64,000 nucleotides of DNA from Psammoneis japonica. Its lineage: Eukaryota. The notes under the pieces are model-generated. The model searched no databases. It had not been told where the DNA came from and saw nothing but the letters and a program-made list of their open reading frames with translations. The stretch spans positions 1 through 64,000 of the forward strand of contig QPGO01000265.1 of assembly GCA_008632985.1 (NCBI GenBank). Direction: 5' to 3'. Below, piece after piece: positions 62,400 through 64,000 of the stretch (position 1 is the first letter of the stretch; each line of letters opens with the position of its first letter). The position numbers and the translations under genes were made by a program.

Positions 62400-64000
62400 T
62401 CTACTTCATGTAAACTGCCGACACTGAGGAAAAAATGAGATGTGTTGTCGTTCATGGTATTGTTGAGGTCATATGTCGTTTTTTCCTTAGTGTAAGATGT
62501 TTTGATGTCGTCGTTATCGACATGGTTGACAATGGCGGACGGAATCTCGGTTGCGCCTTTTTTCGTTGAAATCATCGTAGATTTCTACGTGTGGTTTGCA
62601 CTGGATTGTCGGAACGAGTTTTCGTCGACTTGTTGTCATCGATCTGACGGTAGCCTTGTTGATGGTATTTTGACTTGCCTCTCCCAGTATCTCCCATGTT
62701 TCAGCTCTCTATTGTATCTAACTATCATGCTGTGCAAAATTATTTCATCTGTAGAAGCCTAGAGAGAAAAACACAAGATCATTCTTGCCGCTCCTGACGA
62801 CGAGATTCATGCCACGATGCCGGGACGAACGAGCTTGACTGCAGGGGTGGATGAAAAGACCAGTGTGGACTATACAATGCAGCGCAGTCTTGGCATGCTT
62901 ATTAAGACTTGGTGTGATGGCAGTGGAAGTATTCTGTCGGGATCATCCGAGCTCAAATCAGCTCAGGCCGCTGTTCTCTGTTGGTTGATGAGAAATGCAC
63001 CGTCGGGCTGATACAGTAGGTCGATGATCCAGGTAAGTTCACTTGATAAGTCTTATACATTTAACATCTTGATAGTGTGGGCGATTCTAACAGGTGGAGG
63101 CAATGGAAATTGTTTGCTAGGAAGGTCCATTTTTAAACTGCTCATGAGGTCAAATCCTGCCAGTCGACGCAGGCCATGAACCAACCGACGTGCAGCAGCA
63201 GGTAATCATCTCTAGTAGTCTACTATAGTTGAATCTTACATACACAATGCCTAGAGTAACAAGTCATGTGCTTAAACTAGCCATCTAGTGCTCCCAAGCA
63301 TATTTCCTCGAGCAAAGAGTGGTCGCTGAGGGCTGAGAGGAGGTCTCAGACAAGCGTTGCTTTGCAAGCAGGGTCCACCAAAGTACAGCAGAATCTGCTG
63401 AAAGAGAAATAATGCCATGTTCACTTTCATTGTGTCCAGTCCTGCCACGGATACAAAAACACCAGCATGACTGTCAACATCAAATCGTCTTGAACGGGGC
63501 AACTTCCATGTTTTTATCGTGCAGCTCGGCTTCCAGTTCAGCCTGTCGAGAAACCAATCGTCATTCTTGCCACTTAAAACAGTCTACATTGGCACCAAGT
63601 CCATCAATCACAGCGTCAAGCTCGGCTCAATGATCGCGGTGCGATCGTTCCTGATAATGGGCCTAGCTGCTGATTTCTTGAGCCGACGCAATGTGGCAAT
63701 CGTCTTGGAATTCTCCAATTCCTCCCCGAGCTCTTCCGGAATATCGTGCCAGAATCAGCTGCCGTTCGGGACAAGACAAAAGATAATCAAAAGACGAATT
63801 GTTCAGGCGAGACGATGGAGAGGAAGGAAACCAAAAAGGCGGCAAAGGGCAAACCTTGCTGTCGAGACAGAGACTGTACTGTAGAACAATGTTGAGGAGT
63901 CGGGTGGGGATGTATGTTGGCGGGGAAGAAGGAACTTCTGACTAACACAGTTGGCAAAATTTGACTTACCTGTCTTCTCTACATGGTATGTTACAAAGGG
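62400..64000. other. Apparently unique host sequence with splice-like signals; no gene model supportable
   Basis: No match to repeats in the window; CAG|GTAAGT at ~63031 (+) with CTAACAG at ~63086; GTAAGT at 63969 (-). Confidence 0.3.

Noticed and set aside
62400..64000. Host protein-coding gene
   Set aside because: Only short ORFs and splice-like signals on both strands; no consistent exon chain or recognisable domain
1..64000. Many short Cys/His-rich ORFs in the track as zinc-finger proteins
   Set aside because: By-product of TG/CA enrichment in off-frames of TE sequence

Overview
Eukaryotic DNA, probably diatom or another stramenopile (inferred from element types), made up almost entirely of nested transposons; only about the last 1.6 kb looks unique. 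Five Ty3/Gypsy LTR families (my labels A, B, C, D, F) are present. There are also two copies of a degenerate derivative of C (E), a pol-less LTR element (K), a Sola1-type transposon with an open transposase, a piggyBac remnant (J) carrying an extra KolX/P2X7-C-like ORF, several MITE-like elements, a non-LTR fragment and a 176-bp tandem array. Target-site duplications (TSDs) resolve a five-level nest: H4 (22370-57809) > A3 > D > C > E1. The main signal is pervasive, two-stranded, post-insertion TpA->TpG/CpA mutation (A>G in TA context) on top of CpG decay. It turns conserved Tyr into Cys/His, alters TSDs and LTR pairs, hits DNA transposons too, and is strong at about 1-43 kb but weak at about 43-62 kb. 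This is the reverse of fungal RIP and a candidate repeat-directed genome-defence mutagenesis. Other notable points: palindromes instead of tRNA primer-binding sites (PBS), a single in-frame UGA between gag and pol in all five families, and a conserved small membrane-protein ORF before gag in family A. Everything was read by eye; no searches or counts were run.
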